Shown here piece after piece: positions 12,459-23,700 of a DNA stretch of 44,407 bases. Positions within the stretch are counted from its first letter, which is position 1. The number at the start of each line of letters is the position of its first letter. The DNA comes from Blastocystis sp. subtype 4. Its lineage: Eukaryota. The DNA is taken from assembly GCF_000743755.1 (NCBI RefSeq), contig NW_014569491.1, positions 1-44,407 on the forward strand, given 5' to 3'. Position numbers and translations under genes: made by a program. The notes under the pieces were generated by a model. That model saw only the letters and a list, made by a program, of their open reading frames with translations. It searched no databases and was not told the DNA's origin.

Positions 12459-13914
12459 TTATGGTTTCACAAGCATATTCTTCGTACGGAATTCTGAGTT
12501 TGCAGATTCGGATCGTACTGGATCGAGAGACTCTGATTGCTGTATCCGCTGTTGTTCTATGGTACTTTGAATATTTTCTTTATCATCTGAAACCATTTCT
12601 ACGGGTTCAAGAGTCGTTTTCTGGGGATCCCATTCCTGTAGAGCAATGCCGTTCAAAATGTTACCATCAGCATCATTACGACTCCCCAAAGTATCTTTTT
12701 CATTCCTATTCTGTTCATTCCTTGGAGAAAGGGATGTTGGTTCTTGGGTTTTGCGACTCTTTAGTGATGGTACTGCACTATGACTTGAATTGGTGCTGGA
12801 ATTGATTCCCAATATCCGGTTGACTTCTAAACATCAATCATTCCTCCTATTTGTACCTAATTTCGTCATTGCTTCAGCATATACACGTGGAGCTGGTTGT
12901 AAAAAGCAAGGAAGCAGTTTTCCATCGCTGGTTTGACAAAACTTGGGAATCACGGAAATGTCTCGCGGGATTCCTCTTACCATCCAGTCAAACATGCCGT
13001 CATTCACAAATCCCTTCGACTCCATCAGACTGCTGAAAAGTCCACGCAAGTACGCATAATCAGGAGTTTCATCAAAACGCAGTCCACGACAATACACTAG
13101 ATAATCCTGAAATTCCACAGGAAGCCCAGTACATAGCTCTGGAATCGTTACTGCTAACTTGTATTCTAGAATTCGATTGTATTTCTCTTTCTTATTTTCT
13201 GCACGCAGTCCTTGCCACGGAAGTTTTCCGAGAAGGAAATAGATCAATACATAGCCTAGAGACTCCAGATCATCTCGACGACTCTGCTCAATCCCAAGAT
13301 GATTGGCTATGGATGCATACCGAGGAGTACCTGTGAGATTTTTGTTCTCACGATAGCTACAAATCAATTGAAAGAAGAAAATGGACGGAATATGAGTATT
13401 GGAGTTTGGAAAACGATACCGTTTGCACAGTCCGAGGTCAATAAGATAGATAACATTTGCCATTTTATCCATTCCAATGACAAAGTTGTCAGGTTTGATA
13501 TCGCGATGGAGGAACGATTGAGAATGCATATATTCCAGTCGTAGAAGCATTTCCTGAGCCAACATACAAACAGTTTTCAGTGAAAACTTGCCTAATTGGT
13601 AACGGAGCAATTCTTCCAGACTGGGGCCCAGAAGATCCATAACCATTACATTGTATGTATCTTCTGTCCCAAAATAGTATATCCGAGGCACAGCAACTCC
13701 TTCACGAAGATAATAATAGGCTTTTGCCTCATACGCTAGCTGAGGGTTTCTGGATATGGCAGATTCCATTTTAATAGCCACATTCGTTTCTATATGTCAT
13801 CTCCACATCCATCAGTGTACTGGATGTAATATCGGTTCCATAATATATTTCACCGAATGCCCCCCGGCCTATTCGTTTCCCAAGACGATACTTGTGTCCA
13901 ACCGTGAAATCCAT
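12459..13914 (-). CDS. CK1: Casein kinase 1 (delta/epsilon-like) with low-complexity C-terminal tail
   Basis: MDFTVGHKYRLGKRIGRGAFGEIY, LLGPSLEEL, HRDIKPDNF, IDLGL, HIPYRENKNLTGTPRYAS, EQSRRDDLESLGY, LPWQGL. Confidence 0.96.
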
Positions 13915-14076
13915 TTCTTGGTCAAAAAGGGTGGTTATTGGAGCACTGGAAACACGAATTCGCTTGTTAACAGAATTCCAATGACTTAACTGAGATTGTT
14001 TAGAATACGACGAATCTGTTTATATTCATCAGAAATAACCGATTTTTGTCGTTGCTTTGGATATTTCCTATAGACA

Positions 14077-14092
14077 TGACGTGATGGATTGG
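14077..14092 (+). promoter_or_regulatory. UPRE-like TGACGTGA followed by an inverted CCAAT (ATTGG) in the CK1/MANF divergent promoter
   Basis: TGACGTGA at 14077-14084 and ATTGG at 14088-14092, about 150 nt upstream of the MANF ATG. Function is inferred only. Confidence 0.3.
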
Positions 14093-14237
14093 TAGTTCCT
14101 TGTCGCTTCAAGCAACGATGGGACTATTGCTCAGTAGTGAATATGAATATGTCCATGAAAAAAAGCATTTCGAAAGTTCGAATCGAAATCTCTCCCATTT
14201 TTCATGCCAAAAAGGTCACAATTTCTTTGGAAATACA

Positions 14238-14839
14238 ATGAAGGCATTTCGCTTAGTCTTTTTGGTTTTTCTATCTATTCTATTTACAGCTGTGAGTGCT
14301 AAGAGACTCTCTGCAGAGGACTGCAAGGGTGAGAGATAGTTGTCAAAACTGACGAGTAGTGTGTATTGATGTCGTTGAGGGAATTGAAAAGACTCTAACA
14401 GAGAGTGACAAGAAGGATTTGCTGACTATTGAAGACAAGATCGCCACCTATTGCAAGCAAAAGAAGATTAGTTCTGAGCAGAAGAAGATCGTAGCGATAG
14501 ATTCGTGTTATCATCCATAGTGTTATCACATTGATCCTATCAAGAGAGAGTTATCGCGTCCTTTGTCTTTTGGAATGCCAGCAGAGGACATTTGCATCCG
14601 GAAGCTGAACAAGAACAATCCTGAGTTCTGTGCTGTCAAATACAGTGCCGAGAAACCTTCGGCTTCAGAGCAAAAAATAGATCCTAGCAAAATGCGGATT
14701 AGTCAGTTGAAGTCGTATTTGGCTGAACATGGAACCAAATGTACTGGTTGTTATGAGAAGAGTGGTAGGAGTATTTTATAAGACCTGAATTATAGATTAT
14801 GTGCGAAAGGTGAAGGAAGTAATGGAAGCAGAATTGTAA
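14238..14839 (+). CDS. MANF: MANF/ARMET-like ER protein (saposin-like + SAP-like domains)
   Basis: Signal peptide, then EDCK|VCID, KI|CYHI, PLSFGMPAEDICIRKLNKNNPEFCAVKY, KMRISQLKSYL, CTGCYEKSDYV and an ER-retention-like EAEL*. Three introns of about 30 nt. Confidence 0.9.
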
Positions 14840-15072
14840 AGTGGGTATATTTCATTTGGATGTTTGTTGTGTTCACCGGATTGAAAATGCTTTTGCGAAA
14901 TGATAGTGAATTACAGCAGAAATGTGTATGTGGATCAACGATCGGATTCATTGTGATTCTTCTAGAATATTGATGGAGTAACACGCCCATTGCACGATTC
15001 CAATCGATGTTCTTCATCCTCTATTAGAATTCGTAGCTTTGTGACTTCATTCTATTCCTGATTGAAGATAGA

Positions 15073-15392
15073 ATGGCTGATTTCGTTATTTATTACTCAT
15101 CTTCATGTCCTTTTGATAATACTGCCGATAAAGTCATGCGTGATCTCACTCACCGCTATCCAGAGATTCGAGGGCGGGTAGAACGACAGGTGAGACTATC
15201 TCATATCTTCTAATAAGCTAGGCATCAGAAACACATGGAGTATTGGAGATCAAATACAAAGGCACATGTATATTTTCAAAGGAAATGTCAAGAAAAGACC
15301 GGGATTACTCGGTAAGGTAGCAGTTGCAGAGTTTACCTATTAGGAAGTGTTTGACAAGATCGAAATGATATTAGACGAAGAGAATAAACAAT
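15073..15392 (+). CDS. SelW/SelT/SelH (Rdx)-like thioredoxin-fold small protein
   Basis: Spliced sequence MADFVIYYSSSCPF...HRYPEIR...GVLEIKYKGTCIFSK...EVFDKIEMILDEENKQ, with two 32-nt introns. Not in the ORF track. Stop predicted from T15392 + poly(A); a genomic TGA follows at 15404. Confidence 0.65.
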
Positions 15393-15396
15393 CGAC

Positions 15397-15404
15397 TGTT
15401 TGTT
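15397..15404 (+). terminator. TGTTTGTT downstream polyadenylation motif (representative example)
   Basis: The same motif follows most genes: + strand at 5226, 6519, 10119, 14861, 16384, 24535 and 44276; - strand at 12422, 16547, 18560, 19571, 25648, 28727, 35573 and 44310. Confidence 0.8.
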
Positions 15405-15435
15405 GAAAAAGAGTAGTCAGAATCCCATTGACTCC

Positions 15436-16365
15436 ATGAACTCTCAGGACATTTTTGATGCCTTCAAACGGACTCTGACCATTCGAAAAGGGGAAGGAGA
15501 TCGAAAGAAGAAGTCTGGGAGTGTAACGCTTCTTTTTTCCGGAACCATCTTTTCAATTCTTGGAGGATCGTATCTATTTAAGTCCATGTTGATTCGAGGA
15601 AATTGACTGTAGATCCGGACTTTTCACGACAACCCAGTTCTACAGTCTGAATGAAGCTCTTCGCATTTTAAACAATGAAGAAGAGGGAAAGGAAGTACCT
15701 GTTCTTGTATCTGGGAAGGTAGGTTTCGATTGAACTACTCATGCTAGATCCATAGAATTCATGAAGAAAATCAGTCTGAGTATGCCATTTTTAAGAAGAC
15801 CACGGAGCTTCACTCTCGTGTCTTTGATCAGACTACAAATACATGGAAAGATGCCGTTAGTACCTGTTGCTCATTCTAGAATTGATAACGAGTAGTGGAA
15901 TCGCGTATCACAGGTGCAACCTTTGATCTAGTGACGTCCAATGGCCAGTTGATCATAGTATCTATTCCTGAAGTCATTCTCCCCCACAATTTGATTCTAT
16001 TGAATTTGAATTCTTTCCAACGACGCGAATTGGTTGGAGAGGAGAAGGAACCTTACCTACCAGATATCGAGCGTGCTCATTTTTCAGAGAATAGTCCCAT
16101 TGATGAATCGGTAGTGACTAGGGAAGAGGGGATGAAACCCTCACAGACTGTGTATGTTCGTGGTATTCTTTCGAAGAAGGATGGCAAATTCTGTGTTCAT
16201 TCGAGTGGTATTACAACTCTCACAGTGTCCACGCGTTCGATTGTGGAAGAATCGGTTCTTATTGTTGTAGTAATTATAGAATAGGAAAAGCAGCGTACAA
16301 GAGGAGTTATGCTGATAGCTATTGGTATTGGACTTATCATTGGTGGGTTCTATCGTCTTCAGTAG
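15436..16365 (+). CDS. Two-TM membrane protein, MUL1/GIDE-domain-like (no RING seen)
   Basis: N-terminal TM, VLVSGK, REEGMKPSQTVYVRGIL, and a second TM near the C-terminus. TAG 16363-16365; motif at 16384. Confidence 0.5.
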
Positions 16366-16564
16366 TGTGTATGATATTATCACTGTTTGTTGCATACACC
16401 TCTTCTGTGGTAAATCACCTGTTGGTAGCGACACAAAGCTTCTATAGTCAAATACCTGCATCGATACTTCAATCTCCATAGCAGTCCTCCATTCCATGCA
16501 AACATAACATTCTACCACTACTACCTTGATCACATATACCCATTCAAACAAACACCCAAAATGA

Positions 16565-17166
16565 CTAAAGATCCTTCATATTCGTTGCCACTTGAATAAG
16601 ATTATCAAAAGAGTTAAATGAAGGCGGTTGCCACGTTGACATACTATTCATTCCCTGGGAATAGGGATAATAGGGTACAGATTCAGATCTATGTCATAAA
16701 CCTAGAGATCAAAACTAACTGAGATACAGGAACGACAGGATTGATATGATGATTATTCATGAGTAAGGACTGTAAACTGGAAATCTGTGAGTTTGCTTCT
16801 TCCAGCCGTTTGGCGTATAGGGCATTAACTTGTTGGAGCTCGCGAATATAGGCAATTGCATGTTCAATAATCGAATTCTTGTCCAGTTTCACGGACTTCT
16901 TATTTGCGAATTTTCTCGTTTGTCGGATGATACTATCTAGTGTGTTCATACTCATACTCAATCGTTCGCGTCGTTTCTACAAATCACGAATTAACCGAAA
17001 CAATGACTCTCTCACTTGCTCGATGAGATTCTTTTCTTGATGTTGCTGAAATCGACTCAGGAGACATGTCCTCGTCTCCATCACCATCATACCCTGTACG
17101 GGAAGGAACAGTATTTGTAGGACTCTGAATATACTTATCGTCACCTTTTAAGTCAACTGATGACAT
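16565..17166 (-). CDS. bHLH(-Zip) transcription factor, USF/Cbf1/MITF-like class B
   Basis: After a 31-nt intron: RKESHRASERKRRERLSMSMNTLDSII...KLDKNSIIEHAIAYIRELQQVNALY...L, i.e. the H-E-R basic signature, helix 2 and a zipper. Confidence 0.85.
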
Positions 17167-17177
17167 TAGTACTGTTA

Positions 17178-17190
17178 CACATGCACGTGA
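17178..17190. promoter_or_regulatory. Tandem E-boxes CACATG-CACGTG(A) upstream of the bHLH gene
   Basis: CACATG at 17178-17183 and CACGTG at 17184-17189, 12-23 nt upstream of the ATG at 17166. Confidence 0.45.
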
Positions 17191-17344
17191 AATGAGAACA
17201 CTGGCGTATGATCATGAACTTCATTATCCCCGCGGAATAGATTTGTGAGAATGATTCTTGTATTCTTTTATCTTTTGAATATTCTGATCCCTTTACCTTG
17301 TTTCTCCCAAGTTTCCTTTTCCTGTTTCATCATAATAGTCAGTC

Positions 17345-18088
17345 ATGAGTAATGTCTCCTTGATTCGAGAAGGTCTCTATGTTGGTACGCTACTGGCTGC
17401 TCAAAATGAGGTTCGAAAAGTTCATCTAGATCATTAGTAGCAACTCCTTCATAATCTTTGCATTCAATTTATTGTAAATTGTTGTGATGAAGTGTATACT
17501 CTGAGTGATCCGTCCATTCGGGTGCAATGCCATTCTGTTTTGAGAAATGGATTGTCATCGATCAAAGACTACTATAACAGTATCAACTCCATGATCGATT
17601 CCTATATAAGCAAAAAGCAGAACGTTCTTATTCATTGTGTTTATGGAGTAACTCGCTCTTGTTCGTGTGCTATTGGTTACTGCATTTGGAAGGACCATTG
17701 CTCATACGATGATGCCTACAATCTTGTGAAATCCAAACGACTGGAATGTGACATTCCGTTTACCTATGAAAACTATCTTCGCGAGTATTCCCGTCAGTAT
17801 CTTGACGGAATAGTAGATGCTTCTATTGACCGTGCGTGTAGTAATCATGTGGTACGTATTCTTTGTGGAACAGGAACTACTCCTTCTCTCTTGAAGCAGT
17901 TACGTGAGTTTGAAGAATCTCATCCTTATTGTCGTTTTGGCAGCCAGATGGATAGTGATCTTGTGTATTCTGCAAAGTGCTTTTCGGTTGGGTCTTTTAT
18001 TCGGGATGATGTAGATTTGGAAGATTTTACGGAAGAGCTAACGCCCTTCTTATCTCAGTTTGAGTTGTACAGTATCAGTGTTGATTAA
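17345..18088 (+). CDS. Dual-specificity protein phosphatase with a C-terminal extra domain
   Basis: MSNVSLIREGLYVG..., a 30-nt intron (17411-17440), IVNC, and the catalytic loop VLIHCVYGVTRS. Confidence 0.85.
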
Positions 18089-18097
18089 ACAGGTTTG

Positions 18098-18534
18098 TTA
18101 GAAGTAATAATCAAAATACCGACGTGCATCTGTTGCCAAAGAGAATAAACAGCGTTTTACATCTTTCGAACACAGTTCGGTAGTCACCATTGGACTCTAT
18201 CTCTAATATCTCTCATGTATTCTCACTGTAAAGACCAAATAAGCCAAAGCAATCATAGCTAGGATAAAAAGAACATTGAACAAGATGAACCCAGAAGATG
18301 TCGATTTCGTTTCTACAACTGTCACTTCATCTCTTTTTTCTTCAGGTTCTTGTGTGCTCTCTTCATTCAAAGTTGTCGACATACACGATTGAAAGTCCTC
18401 CTAGAACTTAGTTCAATCTAGTCTCATTTACAATTGTAGAATCATCAACCGTACTATTTTCGCAACTTGACTGCTCTTCCTGAATCTCTCCTACTAAACT
18501 CAAACAACAACCTTTAACCAACAGTTTGGATCAT
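18098..18534 (-). CDS. Small single-pass membrane hypothetical protein
   Basis: Spliced by eye (28-, 31- and 30-nt introns): acidic N-terminus, then GFILFNVLFILAMIALAYLVFT|SPMV...RRYFDYYF*. The 5' exons are uncertain; an internal ATG lies at 18382. Confidence 0.45.
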
Positions 18535-18584
18535 CCATAACCAGAATCCGAATTCCTCCAACAAACAACAAAAAGGAACTAAAC

Positions 18585-19444
18585 TCACTTCTGAGCACCC
18601 GTTTCCGGCTCAAGGGCCACGTTTCGAAGGAAGTTGATGTACTCGCTGTATTCCTTATCAAGAGCAAACTGACGCAGAAGTTTCGAGAAGCTTTCTGTGA
18701 TACCAAGGTCTTTAAGGTGATTCACGACATCCTTCTTAATTGTGTCGTCCCATTCATCATAAGGAGGACCAGGATAACGATCCTCGGATATAGAAAGGCC
18801 CGGACCATCACTCTCCACACTCACAGCAGAATCCATATGAAGGACTTCCAGTGGTGTATCTGGGGAGGAATTACATACAAAAATCATTTGAAGATCAATT
18901 CCATAGTTCTCACCCTGAGTCTTGTCTGAACTCTCACTAATATGGGTTCCAATGTTCTGGAACACCTTGAACTCCAATTCTGCATAGCTGGACTCCTTCT
19001 ACCCATCAAAAAGCAAGTAAGGAACTACATCTTCGGGAACAGAAATGTCACTTTGCATATCGGCCTTAAATGAGACAAAAACATCTTCATCATCGGAAAT
19101 TTGCTTCGACAGCGACACAACCGAGGAGCCAGTATCATTTGCAACTTCCCATCCCCTATTCGTTATATCAATAACCAGTAGATACATCTTGTTGAACTGT
19201 TTGGTCAACTTTTCCAAACTAGCCGTCACATCTACATTTCAGACTCAGTGTGGTCTATACCCTTCTCCTCGGTCTCTGAAACACTTTGATACTCCTTCTG
19301 AAGTGACTGAAAGAGAGGAGAGTCGTAGAAACGGGTGGTGAAGCAGCGCGACAGAGGCTTCACCGCGAGTCGCACCGAAGTAGCTCTAATGCATTAAAAA
19401 GTATCTACAGAAAATTACGAAGTAGTCAGAAATCTGGAAAGCAT
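18585..19444 (-). CDS. MAM33: Mitochondrial acidic matrix protein MAM33/p32 (C1QBP) family
   Basis: Presequence MLSRFLTTSATSVRLAVKPLSRCF. The C-terminal YPGPPYDEWDD...HLKDLGI...DKEYSEYINFL matches the MAM33 pattern. Confidence 0.85.
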
Positions 19445-19587
19445 TCTTTGGAAATGGTTGGTAAAGCGTTGTATAGTTGATTCTAAGTTCGTATTGATGA
19501 CTCTCAATGTATCTATTTATTTCAATTTCAATGGTATCTAGTGGTACATTCTTCACTTCATTTCTCTTCAAACAAACAATTCCTAAG

Positions 19588-20341
19588 TTACAATCGATTC
19601 AAATCATCATTAAAGTTATACGACTGCATGGCGGGAGTAGGAACAGTGGCAGCAGTAGGATCTGGGAAAGCCGGTGTTGGCATCGCATTCCCACTTACTG
19701 GCATTCCATTCATATGAATATCAGCAAGTTCACGATCTAGCTCTTCTTCGTCAATATCATTATCCACCATCATTCCATCCATCATCATCTCCTGCACATC
19801 TTCCATGTCCTCACGCATGTCCTGCATCTTGTCATTCAACGTCATAAACTCATTCAAATTGATTGACTACACATCAGTGTCTCTTCAGATACCAACCTGG
19901 AACATCTGGCTCTGAGCAGAAGATACCTCCTTCATTACATCAAATTGCTCCTTCATCATCTGCGCATTCTCAATCGTGGCCGCTGTCTGACCCATCGTTA
20001 GGTTCATATTCGTCACACTCTTCAGCTGGTTCAAATACATATTCTTTTGTCGAATAATCTATACTTCAGGTAAATAATGAATAATCCACATTCGAGGCCT
20101 GTACACGCAGAGACTGATATGTAGATCCTGACGCAGTTGCTAATTTCTGTTTAATCCTATAACTGATGTGCAACAAGAATACGTACTGCTCTAACTGCGT
20201 ATCAAGATCCTGAATCTTCTTCTGGATACGCTCCTCTCGCTGATCCAAACGGCTCATGTGTTCAGTAATACGACTCATGTCGACAGGCTTATCCTCCTTC
20301 TTTTCAACAGGTTTTGCAGTTCCAAGGAAACGGTTAAACAT
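19588..20341 (-). CDS. VPS60: ESCRT-III protein Vps60/CHMP5 (Snf7 family)
   Basis: MFNRFLGTAKP...RLDQREERIQKKIQDLDTQL, RQKNMYLNQL, and acidic DIDEEELDRELAD. Confidence 0.8.
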
Positions 20342-20714
20342 CGGACAATAACAAGACAACAAATAATGAAGAAATTTGCATACAACCTAGTCTGGTAAAG
20401 GTGTCGTTGCGCCCTTCGGATACTAAGTAATGCCTTCGAATCTGAGTTACTACTCGCTTCCAGCTGGTCACGAATATATCCCGACAGCATTAAATACACT
20501 AACATCTCAAATACTGTGGATAGATGCCCTTATCTTCATACTACCTGATGCACAGTCTCTTTAGATATATTTCTAGTTTCGTAACTACATTGTGTAAAAT
20601 CCAAAATTCCTACAATCCGAAAGATAGGGACATAACAGAGTGAAGTAGGTTTGAAGACCCAGTTCTTTTAGGGCCCATATTACAACTGGGGCAAAGAGGA
20701 TATTATTCTTTTTT

Positions 20715-23700
20715 ATGGTTGCGAATACTGCGGGAAAAGAACGTGTAAATGAAGTTACAGACTTTCATCGCATCGATCTTTCTATCCTTTTAGGGGAACG
20801 TCTTCAGACAAATGCAGAAAAAGGCTTATCCTCGAAGGAGCATACACGTCGTCTTGAACAGAATGGGCCCAATCGAATGTCTCCTCCAAAGAGTATTCCC
20901 GAATGGCTGAAGATTCTGAAGAACATGACCGGATTCTTCTCTCTGTTGCTGTTGGGAGGTGGCGTTCTATGTTTCATTGGATATGGGTTGAAGAAGGAAA
21001 TCGAAAACCTGTATCTTGGAATCGTTCTTGTAGCCGTTGTTATTCTCACAGGCCTTTTTACTTATTTTCAGGAGAAGAAATCAAGTGATCTTATGGAATC
21101 GTTCAAGAGTATGATGCCAAACCGTTGTACGGTCATCCGTGATGGAAATTCAATGGAAGTGAATGCAGAAGATCTTGTAATTGGCGATGTGATCCTATTG
21201 AAAGCAGGAGATAAGGTTCCTGCGGATATTCGCATTTTGGAGTGTTCTGATGATATGCAAGTGGATAATGCTTCGCTTACGGGAGAATCGGAGCCGTGTA
21301 AACGATCTCCGAAGTATACTGACCCCAATCCACTGGAAACGCAGAATATGGCCTTTTTTGGAACCCAAGTCCCCAAGGGTTCGTGCAAGGGAGTTGTTCT
21401 CGCTGTTGGAGACGACACCTTCATGGGCCGTATTGCCAAACTGACACTAAGTACGGGATCGGAGAAAACTCCTATTGCCATTGAACTGGACCACTTCATT
21501 TCAATCATCTCTGTAGTAGCAATCTCTCTCGGTATTCTATTCTTCATTATCGGATGCTTCCTTGGTACAGATCTCATCACCAATCTCGTATTCATGATTG
21601 GAATCATTGTCGCCAACGTCCCAGAAGGTCTGTTGGCCACTGTCACCGTTTCTCTCTCCCTCACTGCGAATCGTATGTCATCCAAGAATGTATTGGTGAA
21701 GAACCTGGAAGGAGTGGAGACGCTAGGCTCCACGTCGTGCATTTGTTCTGATAAAACAGGAACACTCACACAAAACATGATGACAGTAGCGAATGTGGTG
21801 TATGATGCAAGGATGTATGATTGTGAATGTTCCATGTATTCTGAACCCACGATTAATCAAACTTCTCTTACCTATTCACACCTGATTCGTATTGCCGCCC
21901 TATGCAACAATGCGAAGTGGGATGAAAACAGCAAGTATCGCAAGAATCGTGATGGATCGCCTGATTTTACTAACAGACAGCCTTTCACGGAAGAACTGGT
22001 AATGGGAGATGGTTCAGTGGAGAAGCGAGTTATGTGGAAACCCCTAGGAGATGCTTCGGAGTCGGCTCTGATCAAATTCGTGCAAGCATCATTTGATGTG
22101 GATGTGTACCGCAAGGAGAATCCAAAGCTGAAGGAAATCCCATTCAACTCAACAAACAAGTACCAAGTATCAATCCATCGTCAGCCAGATAAGAAGGAAC
22201 ATCTGCTTGTGATGAAGGGAGCACCCGAACGAATTCTGGGACGATGTGATTCGATCCTCATCAACGGAGTTGTTGAGCCTTTCACGCCAGAACTGCGTAG
22301 CAAGATGGAGAAATTGCAGTTGGAACTCTCTCGAAAAGGATTGCGAGTTCTGGGGTTTGCTGAGTTGGAGCTGGATCCTGCTGTGTATTCAGATGACTAT
22401 GTGTACAATAGTGATGTACCCAACTTCCCTCTGGGCGACAATGAAGACACCTTCCCTGCAGATCGACCTCATACAGAAGCCATCTTTACCAAACTGTGTT
22501 ACGTTGGAATGATGGCCATGATCGATCCTCCTCGTCCTCAGGTTCCTCCTGCTGTAGAGAAGTGTAAAGAAGCTGGAATTCGAGTGATCATGGTCACTGG
22601 AGATCATCCTATTACTGCCAAAGCAATCGCAGCTAAAGTAGGAATCATTTGGGGAGATACTTCTGATGATGTGGAATATCGGAATGAGGAGAAGGGATTG
22701 AAGGAAGGAGATCCTGGTTGGGAAGATCCTGCATTGGCACCTGCAATCGTAGTTCCAGGATGGGATCTGAATCAAGATACACCTGATGAGATTTGGGACG
22801 ATATTTTGGATCATCCTCAAGTGGTGTTTGCTCGAACCAGTCCTCAGCAGAAACTGGAAATTGTTGAACACAATCAGAAGCGTGGTGAGATCGTTGCTGT
22901 TACTGGAGATGGTGTGAATGATGCTCCTGCATTAAGGAAGGCGGATATAGGTATTGCTATGGGAATCATGGGATCAGCAGTCTCCAAAGAGGCAGCTGAT
23001 ATGATCTTAGTGGATGATAACTTTGCTTCAATTGTGAAAGGAGTTGAAGAAGGTCGATTGATTTTCGATAATCTCAAGAAGTCAATTGCGTATACTTTAT
23101 CATCCAATATCCCTGAAATCGGCCCCTTCCTGGCATTTATTACTCTTCAGATCCCTCTTCCTCTCGATACAGTTCTAATTCTTCTCATTGATCTCGGTAC
23201 TGATATGTTCCCTGCTATCTCCTTTGCATATGAAACTCCTGAAGCGGATATCATGAAGCGCCCTCCACGCGATTCAAAACGAGATCGATTAGTAAATCGG
23301 AAGCTTCTTTTCTTTGCCTATCTCGAGATAGGTATAATGCAGTGTATCGCTGCCTTCTTCGTGTGGTTTCGTGTGATGGAATCCTTTGGTTATCCTGCTT
23401 CGACTCTTACCACATTAGGAGCGTATGATAACTGGGGCAAGCAAGTACTGTATTGTAAAACCGAAGGAGGTTCATATTATCGTGAAGTGTCAGATGAAAA
23501 TGGCTGGAGATTTGAAAGATATGCAAATGAAGTGAAATCATTGGATGATTTCACAACCGCCTTTTCGCTCGGATATCAATTCTGGAGCGACGATGATGGT
23601 GTTGTCAAAGCATGTCACTTCCCTGCAAAGAATGTCATTGGCTCCGAATCTTCGGTGTCATCGTTCAATCTTGCAGATCCAGCTTCGTATACTCCTAATA

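Noticed and set aside
21068..21850. 260-aa antisense ORF inside the ATPase (and similar shadows such as 28013-28522 and 6964-7419)
   Set aside because: These are off-frame or antisense shadows of well-conserved genes, with no recognisable motifs.
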